In this document: piece after piece, positions 12,691-26,029 of the stretch
Layout: each line of letters starts with the position of its first letter
How positions within the stretch are numbered: position 1 is the stretch's first letter
NCBI GenBank assembly: GCA_002633005.1
Contig: NMRA01000039.1
Coordinates: 24,871 to 88,870 of the forward strand
Reading direction: 5' to 3'
Length of the DNA stretch: 64,000 bases
Source: Phoronis australis
Taxonomy: Eukaryota > Animalia > Phoronida
Notes under the pieces: model-generated
Told to the model about the DNA's origin: nothing
What the model saw: only the letters and a program-made list of their open reading frames with translations
Database searches by the model: none
Translations under genes and position numbers: made by a program

Positions 12691-13619
12691 CCACGGCGCC
12701 CGCCACAGCAATTCTTCGGAAAAAGATTTTTTTCAAAAATATTACATGTACATGTACACTGTATGATATTGCGCAAGACAACTTTACTATACATCAGTTA
12801 CAAATGTGTGGAGTGTAATAGAATGATAAGGCATGACAGATGAGGTAAAAACGTTGCACGTAAATTTGCCTGAATATCAGGGTTGCGGCACCACAGTACG
12901 TATTCCCCCTAATCCAATCAAAACATATCTTAGAATAAAGCTAGTTACCTAAAGAAATCATCTATAGAACTGCTCTTTCAGCGGTAGATCCATCTAAAAT
13001 GCTTGGCTACTTCAGAAGTGTCGACGGAAGCACGCGCACAAGTGATGTCCGCGCGTTTTGCCGAAGACTCAGCAATTCACAATGCAAAAAATTATATTTT
13101 CAGAGTGAACCCCCCCCCCTCAAGTTGGTTTACTTGGGGTTTACACACGCTAGCGGTGCCGTTTTTGTTTTGCTGGAGACGTTTTTTTTATTTTTGGGTC
13201 CTGGCCCAAAGGGAGGGGTTTAAACCCCTGAAAGCCCCCGTAGATCCGCCACTGGTGGGTCACGGGACACTCGGTCAAGTAGGAGGGTTGTTCCTCTGAC
13301 CGTGGGATTCCCGAAGTTCACTTTACCATGGCAAGCCTTGGGCTCCTCACAGGAAACACTTTTCAATAGGTGAAGACACTGATGGATTACGGTAAAGTTA
13401 AGTTTTTCTTCTACTAGACGGAGTACAACGCCATCCAAAATTCGTATGTATTAGCTGTCGTAAATGAGTTCTCTAACAACATAGCTTGTCGTAAAATGCT
13501 GTGTAGTTGTCGATGGGAAGTGGTGACGACAGTTTTAGGAAACCAGAACGCAAACAATAATAGAACAGATAGATCCTCACAGTAAACTCGACCGCAGAAA
13601 CAAAATGGTAGGAAATTTT

Positions 13620-13749
13620 AAACCCCCTAAACGTCACTTCCAGAACGGGGCATGACATAATCAAATTACGGGAAGCCCAAAAATATGTCTGGGATAATCA
13701 ACGAGCAGTATTTTTGCAAAAATTACATGAAAAAGGTCTGATTTCTCCT
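13620..13749 (-). mobile_element. Kolobok-like terminal fragment (family of 8556)
   Basis: Reverse complement begins (ataa)aggagaaatcagacc and aligns by eye to 8556-8690. Confidence 0.5.
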
Positions 13750-15250
13750 TTATTGGAAGTAGGAACGACCTACCGGCATATTGCGACAGTGTTATAACAT
13801 CGTTAAAAGGTATTAGAGGTTGGTTTTATCGTACATGTAGAAAGAATAATATGTTTTAGAAATGATGAAACACAATTTCATATGTTCAAATATCAAAGCT
13901 CCAAGACTTAGGCAACAATGTAATCAATACAATTGGGCTGAGCGTGTTGTAAACAACAAGTGGTCCCGATAGCTCAGTGGATAAGACCTTCCGCTTAACA
14001 TAGATGTTTTAAACGTTTAACCTGCAGGTGTCGCTACGTCACATGTCCTGTATGAACACAACGGAAAAATATTAATGTGGTACGATACACTATGCTTCAA
14101 TGTGGCTTTTGTTGCAAAACATTACCAGACATAAATAATGCCGACCTTGGGTATGTGTGATTTGATACCGCGAGTACAAAGCAAAATATTCGGGTGAACA
14201 CGGAAGAAATTGAACAGCCGTGTACGTGCAGATCTGTCGGTATCAATTGTTTTACTCTTGCGAACTAAGTAGAGTACTTCAGCCCAAGTTAAAACGTTAA
14301 TAAACACTAATTCATAAACGATCGATTTATCAAACTTAGTGATAAAAAACATATTAATTTTAATGTAAGACGTCCAGATAATCCTATAACAATATCCCCG
14401 AAAATATTGCATGAGACACTGGGCGGTCCCGCTGTTTCAGCGCAATAACCCGGTAGAAGATCGCGACATGGAAATCTCGTCAAGTACTAGCAACAGCCTG
14501 CTTCAACGTTGGTAAAACATTAGCAAAAGACAGCAATCTTGAAAATGGCAAACCTATCAATAGCAAAACGACGGTAAGCATTTAGTCTTTCAGACAAGGA
14601 GTTTTGAGCCCGGAAAAATACTCAAACCCTTGATCCTGTGACAGAGCGCTCAAATACATGTAGGTATGAGTCATCGGCCACATGTTGCTGACACTGAAAC
14701 ATGTTCTTCGGTGATTCAAGTGTACGAACTTACAAGTGCACACCACCCCAAACTCGCACACCAAAAACAACAGCCACGATTCTACATGAAAGAGTATAGG
14801 CCTACCGGCTTAGCTCTGTTACTCGCTTGGACGTTTATTACACAACAGACTTAGTCACCCGTAGGTAACTGACGATGTTACCGGACGTTGCGATATTCCC
14901 CACACCCAGTATTCACTAGTTCCGACGATTCCCCCGCTTGATGTACATTTACTGTAAGCAGCGCTTACCACAAAACGGGTCGGGGTGAAATAATGGTTAT
15001 CGAACACTTTATACTTCTCTTCATCAACCTCCCCCCCCCCCCCACACTCCCCAACCACCATCTACTGGGTTATCAGTAGACCACGTCGTACATTTTCCAG
15101 ACTCAGCCGGAAGCAAAATTGTTCTGGTGAAATGGGCCATTTGGGTTACTACAGTATAAAGGGTAGGTTGAAGGGCTATCAGGCAACACAGTCACATCTT
15201 GTTGGAACTTGTCGTGCAAAATCGTATTAAAATAGTAATGTGTTACTCAC

Positions 15251-15341
15251 TCTTTGTTAAGTTTCAATAAGTCTTCAGCTTTGAACATCATGTCATATTC
15301 AATTGTCACAACATTGCTGTCAGGGTGTTCCACTATCTTGC
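15251..15341 (-). CDS. Astacin gene A exon 3 (pro-domain with aspartate-switch-like motif)
   Basis: (S)KIVEHPDSNVVTIEYDMMFKAEDLLKLNK; IEYDM matches the FEGDI/FxGD position; ttacag acceptor, gtgagt donor; 91 nt, phase 1/2. Confidence 0.88.
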
Positions 15342-15954
15342 CTGTAAGTTATTAGCGTAATATGACAATAGTAGATAGTTTTCTCAAGAAAGTCTTATTT
15401 TGCGTATACATTTAAGTATGCAAGAAGTAGACGTTGTTTTTCGTTGCAAGTAAAGTTTACCAATATGCGTAAGACAAGCCGTAACAAAGAATCAATGATG
15501 TACATGTAATTGATTACATGAAAAAACTCGAAATTTTGAGTTCAATTTCGAGTCTTAAGCCTTAACAGGTTTGTTCTACAGCAACCTAGGACTAAGAATT
15601 ATCCAAGTGCGTAATTATGTTCTCAAGCATAGGATGATAGACACTTATCTTGAGTTCGAACAAAAGTAGAGTAAAAAATGCCAAACATAGGGGAATGTTG
15701 AACAATGCGATTAATCACGTTAGTTGCCGTTCATATAACTTCCATCATCATTGCGTTTTTCGCAAAAATTGTGGAATTGAAGAGACTAAAGTCCAAGTAG
15801 CCAACTCCCAAATTTAACTGAGTAATCAGTGTTTTGGAAACCTGTGTTTTGTAGCACATAGTAAATCCCAGCTTGTTGGACTCAGTTCCACATACTTTGA
15901 TTTCAGGTGTTAAATACCAAGCGCTATGAAACTGCTTGTTACAGTGTCACCTAC

Positions 15955-16021
15955 TTCTGTTCTTGGCCTGAAGAATGATCTGATCAATGGTCAGCCCATG
16001 GCAACTTATACATGTAAATGC
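15955..16021 (-). CDS. Astacin gene A exon 2
   Basis: AFTCISCHGLTIDQIILQAKNR; strong acceptor ctttctattcttcag, gtagg donor; 67 nt, phase 0/1; TIDQII resembles astacin pro-peptide starts. Confidence 0.82.
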
Positions 16022-16834
16022 CTGAAGAATAGAAAGTTATGTTTCGGTTATGCATGCTGTCGACTATTAGCTGAAAGTACATTTATTTCCACAATCGGCA
16101 TATAAGGAAAATGAGTAGAGTAACTAGGCCCACAATATTCAGCAAACTGGACAATTTTTTGTCACAAAAGGAAATCGAGTGTACGTTCAATAGTGCCAAG
16201 TTTGAGAAATGTCGTAAGGGAACTCAACCACATTTTTTCGAAGGAGTGGTGTGCTCCCAAATCTTAAAAAATGAGATGCAGGCGCCCCACCCTATCTTCA
16301 TGTTGGGTGAAACCGAGTTTAGAGGTTACTTGTGAGCTATACAAAGAGTGTAACAATGTAGTGATTGTATTGCCTTCCGGTAGCACACTGTACCGTTAAA
16401 AACAAATATTTCTCGAATCTCTTCGTACAGTACCTTGATCGAGAAAAAATTAAGATAATACATGTAAACGTAGAATGCAGTCAAAATCAGAGCGATTCTA
16501 CAAGAAAATCAACACAAACCACCCTACAGGGTAATATTTTGGAATTGAACAGTATGTATTTGTTATTAGATAAAAGTGTGGTTTTGATACAAAAATCTCA
16601 ATTTTGAATTCATTGACATCTTGATTGTTATCTATCGGCTTCCAATGGTTCACAAAAAATGTCACGTTATTGCATACCGAGAACAATTTCCCAATATCTA
16701 AATTAGGTAGATCACACTCTTGGTCTAACAAGTCGTACGGTACATGTATTTAACGACTAATTTTTGTACTGTTGAAAGAGGGTGTCACCTCAGTATTTCT
16801 ACAAGCACGTTTGTGAGACTGTGGATATTACAGG

Positions 16835-17695
16835 ATTGTTCTAAAGACCCCTTGGCAACCTCGACCCCCACACCCCACAACCTTCTAGAAACACGACCCT
16901 CTTGACCCTCGACACCCTCGACCCACTACCCACAATCCCCACGACCCACAAACCTCCGACCCACGATCTGAGGCAATAGATATTTTTTGCGCTTTTTCCA
17001 CCTTTCATATTCATATTACATCGCTGAATATCTTTCCCATAAGACTTACCTACACGCGAATTTACTGTGGCTCAGGTCTATGGTTAAAAACAGAAAATTG
17101 CGTAATAACACGAAATAGCGAATTGTGGGCGTGTTATCATTGTCACGAAAGTACTTTCACGAGCCACTACCAATGGCTCGGTTCTACTTAACTTCGGGAG
17201 AGAGTACGTTAACGTGAATGGACATACTTTCACATGTTTATTTCTTGCTTTTCGTTCTATATTCTTTTACAATATACCTCGTGTAACATTGAAATGCTTT
17301 TTAGTTAATGGGTTGTGTTTTTTCAAACAGTATTTACTGAAGAAATTACATATTTGATGGTTCCTCGCATTCTCCAAAAAAGCTTGAATCTGCCATTCAC
17401 TGAAAAGCAGACGAGACGATTACACATTTTTAACGTTGGTTGGTATTTGATTTGATTCGGCATCGTTTCTTTTTTGTTTTTGTTTTCGTTGTTGTTTTTG
17501 GCTTTCAAACTTGCTGCATGGATTTTCTTAATTACAAAAACACTGAAAAACCAGCCGAGCTCACGGCATGGCTCGTTGGTCCTGCAAGTCGGCGCTTCTT
17601 CTATGTTCAGATCTAGTCGAGCTTGTGTAGACTGGGTCGAGAGGTTCGCGTGCCGTGGGTCAAGTGGGCCGTGGGTCGAGGGTTTTTACACCTAT
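16835..17695. mobile_element. ~0.85-kb element with inverted subterminal CGACCC(A/T)-type arrays
   Basis: ctcgaccc/cacgaccc repeats at 16859-16966 mirrored by gggtcgag/gtgggtc repeats at 17633-17683. Confidence 0.5.
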
Positions 17696-19584
17696 TAGAC
17701 ATTGGACGGTGTGTTTATGGGAGAGATCTTGGCCTTGTCAACAAATTTAAGACTTCTCTGGAAAGGGCTTTTGGGTTTCTGTTTAAAAACTCTCCTAATG
17801 TTGCACATCCCTCACTTTTTAAACAAAATGCTTTTGTAATTTGACTGCATTTGAAATGGTTTCAATCAGGAAGAGTTATTAACGTCAACACCGTAATGCT
17901 GTCTGTCATGTCCATATGTCATATTACAAAGTACTCAAACGGTTAACGCCTATACGGTTAATTCTAAAAATGATTAAATAACTCGCATAATTAATAACGC
18001 ACTATTCAAAGTCTATTAAGCCCTTGCTTATAAGCATCTGTTGGTTTTGCTGAAATTCTGTAAAGTACAATCCAAATAACTAATTGTGTTAAAAGTTTGT
18101 CATTATGGGCTGCTTATTAACCTTACTGTACAGATGTAATTTCTGACTTAATTTTCTAGATGTAACCCTCCACTGCTTTGAACGTTTGAAGCCTGTGCGT
18201 CCAGTATTTTAAATAGCTGTCATTTTCATCTCTTACGAAAATGTGACAACAACATACAGATTCAGTTGTAGATGGAATCATTCTGTATAAAGACAAGACT
18301 GAACAAGTGAATGTGGACGTTGCCAAAGCACAGCCTCAATCAGCAGTTGACTTGGGCAGGGGCCACGTTTTAGACGTGTATTAAGGGTCTTCAAAGTGCT
18401 TTTAGTGTGGCAGCACATTTTAGAACCATTCAAAAACATGCACCTGACACGGTTTCATGGGTAGGAACGTTTTGGCCTAATTTCCTGAAATTTCAATCAA
18501 AAAACATCTAGTTGCGGAACCTGCCGCCAGACGGGTCACCAGTATTCAAATCATCTCGAAATTGACGTCCACACATTTCACAATCACGAAAATTAAATAT
18601 ACCCCTTTATGGTGTTTTCAAGATACAGATACAGGTTCTTTGTAGCCAAGGACTGTAAAATACGCGATGGTACATGTATGTCTTTTCTATTGCCTGTTCC
18701 ACCTCTCAAAAAGGGCTCTAGAACGCCTCGAAAATGTCTAAGGATCAAAATTATAAAAAATACTGCGCAAAATTTAACTAATTTTGGCGATCCAATGGAG
18801 GTTAAGGGAAAAAAATTGAAAAAGGGAGGACTGCGTTCTGTTAGAGATTCAATGTTCACATAAATATCAACAAGATGTTTTCTTTCTTGTTCTTTTGAGC
18901 CATTTTAAAACTACTTTACATACCTAACCAGTTTTAGCTTAAAATGAGCTACACTGTATTTCGGGCAAACGTATTCATAAATTTCATGACGCTGGATCTT
19001 GAAAATAATGACCCATAGTTAGAAATTAATATTTTGAACGTGTATCACCGAGCTGTATGAACACACATATGGTTTCTTTTTCAAAATTTTAGTCTAAAAG
19101 AATATAGTCGACCTCCTTACGCTCTCGAGGAAGTGCAGTTAACAGCAATCCTTAATAAGGGCTGATTGAATTGGAGTGAAACGCGTCGATATCTGTTCTA
19201 AGGACTGTTATGCAAACCATTGTTATGCTGTTTTGAAAAGGGTCCACTGTGTACAAAGCACAAACTAAAAGTTCATACATAAAAATAGAATTTAAAAACA
19301 ATTCGTATACGATTATTTATTTGAAGTGATATTTTGTCATGAGAAACAGCTCCCTATACTCATGCCTTTTTCTTGTTGGTTAGCAGTCAATAACTCCTTA
19401 CCATGTCTATTTCTGTTTGGATCTAAATTATGTAGTTTTGTATTTTTAGCTAAATGCAAAGTCTAGCTGATAACATTTAATCACAACAAAATGCTGGATA
19501 ACTTTGCGAAGTAAACTGTCCTTATGTTGCGGTTGTGTAATACGCGTCAAATCCCTGAAAGCAAAGGTCGGCAAATCGACTCAC

Positions 19585-19641
19585 CTCAACTAGAATAATG
19601 ACACAGAAGGGAGAAATTGACCAAGGAACCGCTAAAGCCAT
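19585..19641 (-). CDS. Astacin gene A exon 1 (signal peptide)
   Basis: MALAVPWSISPFCVIILVE, then GAG|gtgagt; 57 nt, phase 0 matches exon 2; TATA box upstream. Confidence 0.8.
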
Positions 19642-19697
19642 CTCTGCACAGAAGCCTGTCTCTCGAAATGTACAAGCTGTCGTTCTGCAAATGGTAG

Positions 19698-19704
19698 TTA
19701 TATA
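19698..19704 (-). promoter_or_regulatory. Putative TATA box of astacin gene A
   Basis: TATATAA on the minus strand, ~57 nt upstream of the ATG at 19641. Confidence 0.6.
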
Positions 19705-20169
19705 TTTTTACGCCAAAACTAGGCGTGCCGGTTTTTAATCCTAAGTCTCTAGGCAAACGAAAGCTGTCGCACCAAATACCTCTGGCAATAACACCTTATT
19801 AATTTTTGTATTAATCTTAAATTGCTCGATTTAACTGTCAAACTAGTTTTGCTCAATGCTCATTTTCGAACCGACGATGTACTATGAACTGCGAAGACAT
19901 TTTCATTTGCACTAGCAATGATGTTCGTCCACGGGAACAGTTGACTCTGCAAGTGTCTTCTGCAATGTATTCATTAAAAACAGTTGCGTTGTTGATAATT
20001 TAACTGTAATCACCCACAGACTGTCGTGTCAAGTACACCACAGAACCACGAAAATAGATTAAGCAATCTTGGTTCTTCCCAAAATGCACACTTAGGCTTC
20101 CATGCCAACTGAAAAGATACAGCCAAGGCATCTTTACCAAGTATCATTAGGACAATCGACCCAACCATT

Positions 20170-21460
20170 TCTTGAAGGTGGTTAAAGTTAAACACGGTTT
20201 AAATTAAAGTAGGTTGATAAGTACTTCGCCTTTCGTGAAGGTGGTTAAACTTTTAGACCAGTGGTCTAGTAAAACCTGGTTTAACTCCCCTTTTGACCAC
20301 GTCTAAGTAAGTATTAATTTCACCAGCGAGGTCTACAGTCCTAATCCAGGTTTAACGTTCGATTTGGTCAGATCCAGGCTTAATACTGTTAAATACTACA
20401 GGCTTGGGCGACATAGGTGTGCTCAACTGTGCAGCTAAATGACGGTGCGGTGTGCATCACCTATGCAACTTCAGGGCGAGAATGGACTATATTTAATTTT
20501 CAGTTTTACGACGACACAAGGTCAAATGTAGACAACTACATGTTGTGGGTGTCCTTCGGACTCTTCAGATTACGATGGAAGGAGCAGGGCGTCATCTTCG
20601 TAAGCGCTTCGGGCGGGACTGAAGGCAGCAGCTTCTTTGACTAAGTTCCGCCTACATTGATCCCAGAGTGAAGATTGCCGGGTAGCAGTCCTGCTTCCAC
20701 TTGACCGTAAAATAAACAGGAAAATGACATGGAAATAAACATGAGCATTTGTTCTATTATGTAGCGGATAATCGTGGGCTTGTATTATAATGTGTGTACG
20801 TGTGTTAGGTATTGATATCACAAAATGAAAAATCTCCCTTCATGATATCCTAGATCTGCCACTGGCCCCCCTCAACGTTTTTTGCACTTTTTACTAATGA
20901 CATTAACTCTCTGCTATTCACTTTTTAGTGATGCTCTTTAACAGCTGCATTTCTCCGATTACGGAACTGTAAAGTCAATCTGGACCAATATCTCCCCACG
21001 TATACTGCTTACGTTGAATTGATATGACACCAGCTTTCTTGTTCTCCATAACATTGGCTTTTTCTCTGATCAGTTCTTGGAGGGAACATTTTTTGTCATG
21101 AGAAAAGCTTTCAAATCTTTATCTCAAATGTCTCCACTGATTCTACTACTCTCCGTCAGTTATACCCCCATGACCAAGGTTTCATTGAAGCACCTCAATA
21201 GTTTCTTTGCTGGGTTAATCCAGATCAATACAGTATTGTGGTTTCGATACTTTAACTGGTTTTACTAAATCTACTCCTTGGTCTAACAAAACCAGGCCTT
21301 CGTGCTTTTAAACCATGGTGCTGAAATGCAAGATACAGAAGGACTAAAATAGACAGCCCAAGTTAAGAAAAACCAGATTTAACTCTTGAAACTGGTTTTA
21401 CTAAACCACAGCTGCTGCAGGTTGTAGTTTTAAGAGCTATCTTGGTCAAAACAGCAAGTA
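20170..21460 (-). mobile_element. PIF/Harbinger-like relic with degenerate Myb/SANT ORF
   Basis: ~21120-20920 reads FSHDKKCSLQELIREKANVMENKKAGVISIQRKQYTWGDI (Myb/SANT-like FS..EK..L..ENKK..K...W..I); repeated ctggttttactaaa/tagtaaaacctgg motifs on both sides. Confidence 0.55.
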
Positions 21461-23275
21461 TGGAGTATAACAAAACTCCGTTAAAATTGCAAAACATCAA
21501 ATGAAGTGTAGCGCATATCATACATTTTGCGGAAGGAGATAACTAACTTGATCATCTAACCGTGATAAATCTCTTTAATTCCCGTCGCAGTTGGTTTGTG
21601 AGTGTCGTGACCATCTCAGGGCAAGTTGACCGAGAGACCAATGATTTGGTCCAGTGACAATCGTCGAGAGTTTGCCAATTAGTTAAAAATTTTCACAATT
21701 CGTATTGAAAATCACACTCAACACCAAAAGGAACACCTCCCGGCGCATGTCCAATAAACAGGAAATGGAATCACGTTGTATATAAAAACGTAACGCGAAA
21801 GAGGTGTCCGCCACTTTAAATATTTGCAATTAATTTCAGCCTTATTATGGCAAGTGCATGGATCTGAAGGCAATTTTTGATAGAAGACGGTTTTTAGATG
21901 AAAGAGCGTGTAATTTGTAAAATACTTGGCCAAAATTTAACCTTAGTGTGACCCCATAGTTTTTTCATTTATTCAAGTGCTAAGATAATACCGGGAATGT
22001 CTTGCTTTAGTTAGCTTTGATTAAACATTTCATCACAAAGAACTATTAGAAGGAATCCGGGGATGGTTATTAGAGGGCATTATTGATTATTGATACCTTA
22101 TAATCAACAGGTGTTAGGAATAATGTATGTAACAACAAATCATATGTGTCAAAAGTCAAAATTATTCTAAGTAAGAAGATTTTCTAATTATTGATGATTC
22201 TAAGCTGTGATCTTGAAATGAACCTTTGTTATACCGAATCATCATATGCAGTTGTTACATGTTGAAAACTGTCTCATGAAAAATGAACGAGTACTTACCA
22301 AAACGTGATGCGTAGCATTTTATTTTTTTTTCAAAACCACACATACGCACGGTCGTATGCTAGTTTTCAAATGAAGCGGTTTTCAAACGAACTACAATTA
22401 ATTGATTTTAGTCAGCCGACCAAAACGTGATAAGTATTTTAAAGATGTATTTGGAGCTCCCAAATCTGCTATTTGAACATCTCCTACGCAAAACAAAGAA
22501 CAGTTGTGCCCATTGACAACTTTTAAATATGAAAAATCTGCAAATAGGTGACCTTTGCACTAATGACATACCTCGGGGGGCTTACACAGCCCCGCAGCAT
22601 TCAACGTTATTCTCCAACATCACGTCACGATACTTATTGGACCCGGTTCAGTGTTTTACGGAGATCATTTTCGACTCAAAACTCGTTCTAAAAAATATTT
22701 CGCAATTTTCAACGTGCTTCATATTCGTGTCGCCGCAATGTTTTGTGTTTTTAACTAATTTCACCAAGCTATCACAGAGATAAGGAATTAGCATGCAAGT
22801 TCTACTTTAAACAAAGTTTTAATGACTATGTCATGAATTCATTTCACCTGGGATTGTCCCAACTCAAACCTTCTGCGCAGGATGAGGTAGTACCATTCCT
22901 ATGCATGTTGGATAACCAATAACAATCATGCTAAAAGTTTCCTGGTGATATCTTTTACGCGACTGAAAAGGGGTTTTTTACCTTTTTACAGCGACACAAA
23001 CAGGAATTGGTTGAGAATTACTATCCATTTTCAAATAAATGTGAGCACCCTGTAGTACTACAGAAGAAAGAAAACAATTTCTCGGTACAGAATAAATATT
23101 GTGTTTCCTGGAAACATTGAAAGATGCAAAGATCCAGCATTATTGATCTAGTCGACTTAAGGGTCCTAGCACCTCCTCGGATATCAGACAAGTCGGTATT
23201 CTGAAATCTTGAATCTTCTTCAAATGATCATGGTCTGTACCAAACTTTTTAGTGGCTAAAACAATTCCATGAAAG

Positions 23276-23731
23276 TTTTTTTTGTTAAAGTGATATACAT
23301 TGTTTATTTATCGAAGAATAAACAGAACATACAAAGAAATAATGACAAACCCAGAAATCGCGAAACATTATATCTGGGTTGTAAAGAATTCATTAATGAA
23401 ACTAATATACATGGAGGTATATACATTTAAGTAGTATCTAATATAAGTATTCCGATATTTAGATATGCTAATACGAATCTATAAAAACAAAAATATGTAC
23501 AGATTCATGTATGGAAATCAGAAGCAACAATATTGATAAACGGTACATAAAAATTTACTAACGTTACTTAGGACAACCATTCAATAATAATGTAACTCTA
23601 GTAGGGATTGTTTTTTATTGAGTGCACGAAACAGTGAGTCTCTTAGGTATTCGATGAGGGGACAATTGAAGAAAACATGAGGATAAGATTGATGGGCACC
23701 ACATTTACAGTTTGGAGAGACATTACTAAAG
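23276..23731 (-). mobile_element. LINE 3' end fragment
   Basis: SPNCKCGAHQSYPHVFFNCPLIEYLRDSL (C-x-CG...H..F.CP....R C-terminal motif of non-LTR ORF2), followed by AATAAA and an A-tail. Confidence 0.65.
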
Positions 23732-23732
23732 T

Positions 23733-24480
23733 CATAGGCAGATTTAGGGGGAGCAGGGAGTCCGCCCCCCCTTCCCTTGGGTGCCACAAAAAATAAAACA
23801 GCAAGAGCATAAGGAAATGTTGAGTTTAATATTTAAACCATGTACATGTTAATTAACATCATACGGCTGAAAAAAAATTTAAATGTGTGCAGTTTTAGTG
23901 TGTTTGAGGGTGCCCAGATTTAATTTCAAGTGTCAAATTCGGAACATGACGCTATCGTAACGGAAATATGGCTAAGTATAGGCTCTCCCGCGATATCCCA
24001 GGCGACCGGCAGTGGCGCTGCGCACTACGACCCCGTTTCCGTCGTCTGCTTCACTGTGCAATGAAGAATATTACTTCATTGTTAAAGAAAATGGAATCTG
24101 AGTGACGATGAAAAAACAGAAGCTGCTGGTAAGATGTGAATTTTAATCGAAACGTTAATGAGTCACTCAGAAACTCATAAGTCTCTCTTTGTCAAACCTT
24201 ACTTAGGAGATTTCCAAAGCAATTGCGTCATTAATGCCATCAAAAAAAAACAGATTTGGTCTTTTGAGCAATTGAAGACTATTATAAATACAACAAATTG
24301 GTTGCGAACTGATTGCACAAAATATAAAAAGTGTAATAAATATTACAAAAAGATGTAGGTTTCGCGTGCAAACGCTGTGGACCACAAACAAGTAGGTCTC
24401 TTAGAATCAATGTGTGAGTGAAGACCTCATGGTGCAGGGGTAAAGCATGTGCGCTCCATCCGCTAGCTTGAGAGTACAAG
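23733..24480 (+). repeat. Dispersed composite repeat, copy 1 (GC-rich MITE end, unique core, tRNA-like end)
   Basis: Aligns by eye to 45494-45962 plus 47520-47800. Confidence 0.75.
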
Positions 24481-26029
24481 AAAAACTAGTTCGGATGGAC
24501 TTTTTATATTTTTATGTCCTCCCATTTTAGCCTACAAAAATATCGTTTTCACTGGTTATTTTTAAGGCCATTTTACGTATTTTTATCACTCTCCCAAATC
24601 TATATCGGATTCTTTTGGAACATGAGTTAACTTCCATCTGTAACTGCTGTCTTTGTTCAGCTTAACGCAAGAATAAAAAATCCTGTCTCTTTCATAGTTT
24701 TTGTGCTGTCAGTTTTTTACATAACTCACTAACACACTTTTCAGTCAATCTGTGACTGGCAGTTTGATTATAAGACTTTAGGAGGCGCTACTCGATTGTG
24801 CAATTATCTATCGACCAAGACGCCAAATAGAACAAATATCATTCGTTTTGCTACATTAGTGACGAAGGAGATCATGACGAGCTGTATGAAAGATTTTTTT
24901 TCTTCGCGGATTTTCAGTTTTGCTGGTGCAAAAATAAAAATTTGTTATAGGTTTACAGAAATCAAAAAAGTCAATTTTAATGTTTTTATGAGTTAATAAT
25001 GCAACCCCATCACCATCTCATGCTTCAGAGAAGCACTTTTTATTTTTATTAAGCGTGCCCATTACCCATTGCTTGGCCAGTTTTCAAACACCGTAACTGA
25101 CTAAGAATCCCACGTACTGCCTGCAGTGCATGCTGGTCCATTTTCAGAAAGCCTGGACAAATCCCTGTATCTACGCATGAAAAAGTCCTCTAAAACTAAT
25201 AGCAAAGTTCATACTAAAACTAATCAAGATCTTCGAGATCACACGTGAAAAGAGGACGGTGGATACCAGGAGAAGTGTCGTGTTATTGGACACACAAAGT
25301 GTCACGCAATGCTTCTTGTACTACACAAAAGCGGCCGAGTATGGTGGCAGTGCACTAGTGGACTTTGAAATTTCAGAAAAATAAAAGGTACGGATATTTA
25401 CGATTGAAAACATAATATTTTCAGTGATATCCAAGATACCGGCTTTCCAAACCAGTATTTAAGCAATTGGGTGTTGTTGCGACTTAGATGTACCAGCTAA
25501 AGGTTCCACAATATGTAAATTCCGTTCATGCGGCGGACTCAAAACCACAGTTTCTTGAAGGTATGCTAGGTTTAGTGTATGATGCATTTCTACATAACAC
25601 TTCAAAAAACTGCATTCTGTTTGAAGAAAACAAGAGCTACTGAAACATAAAGTCTTTTTATTTTGCTCAGTACACATGTCTAAGATAGATGTTTCTCAAA
25701 ACCAGATAATCACTCCTATAAAAATCTCAGTAGTTTCAAGAAAATCAATCATGTAAAAAGTATGCTTTACGAGTCTCAAACTGAACATAAAACAAAAAAC
25801 GCTAGTAAAAAGTGACAGAAAATTTCAATGTTGACCATCAGTGGCTTGGATTATTTTCCCCAAACAGCCACCACTCAAATCTCTCCCCCATGGAAACCCC
25901 TGATTTGCGTCATCCAGTTTTTCCAATTTCGCCCAGGGTGGACCCCAGTCCCCTAGCTACGATAATGGTGACCACAATAATATTGTAAGAATAGACAACA
26001 ACTAAAACATGCTCATAATTTTCTACAGT

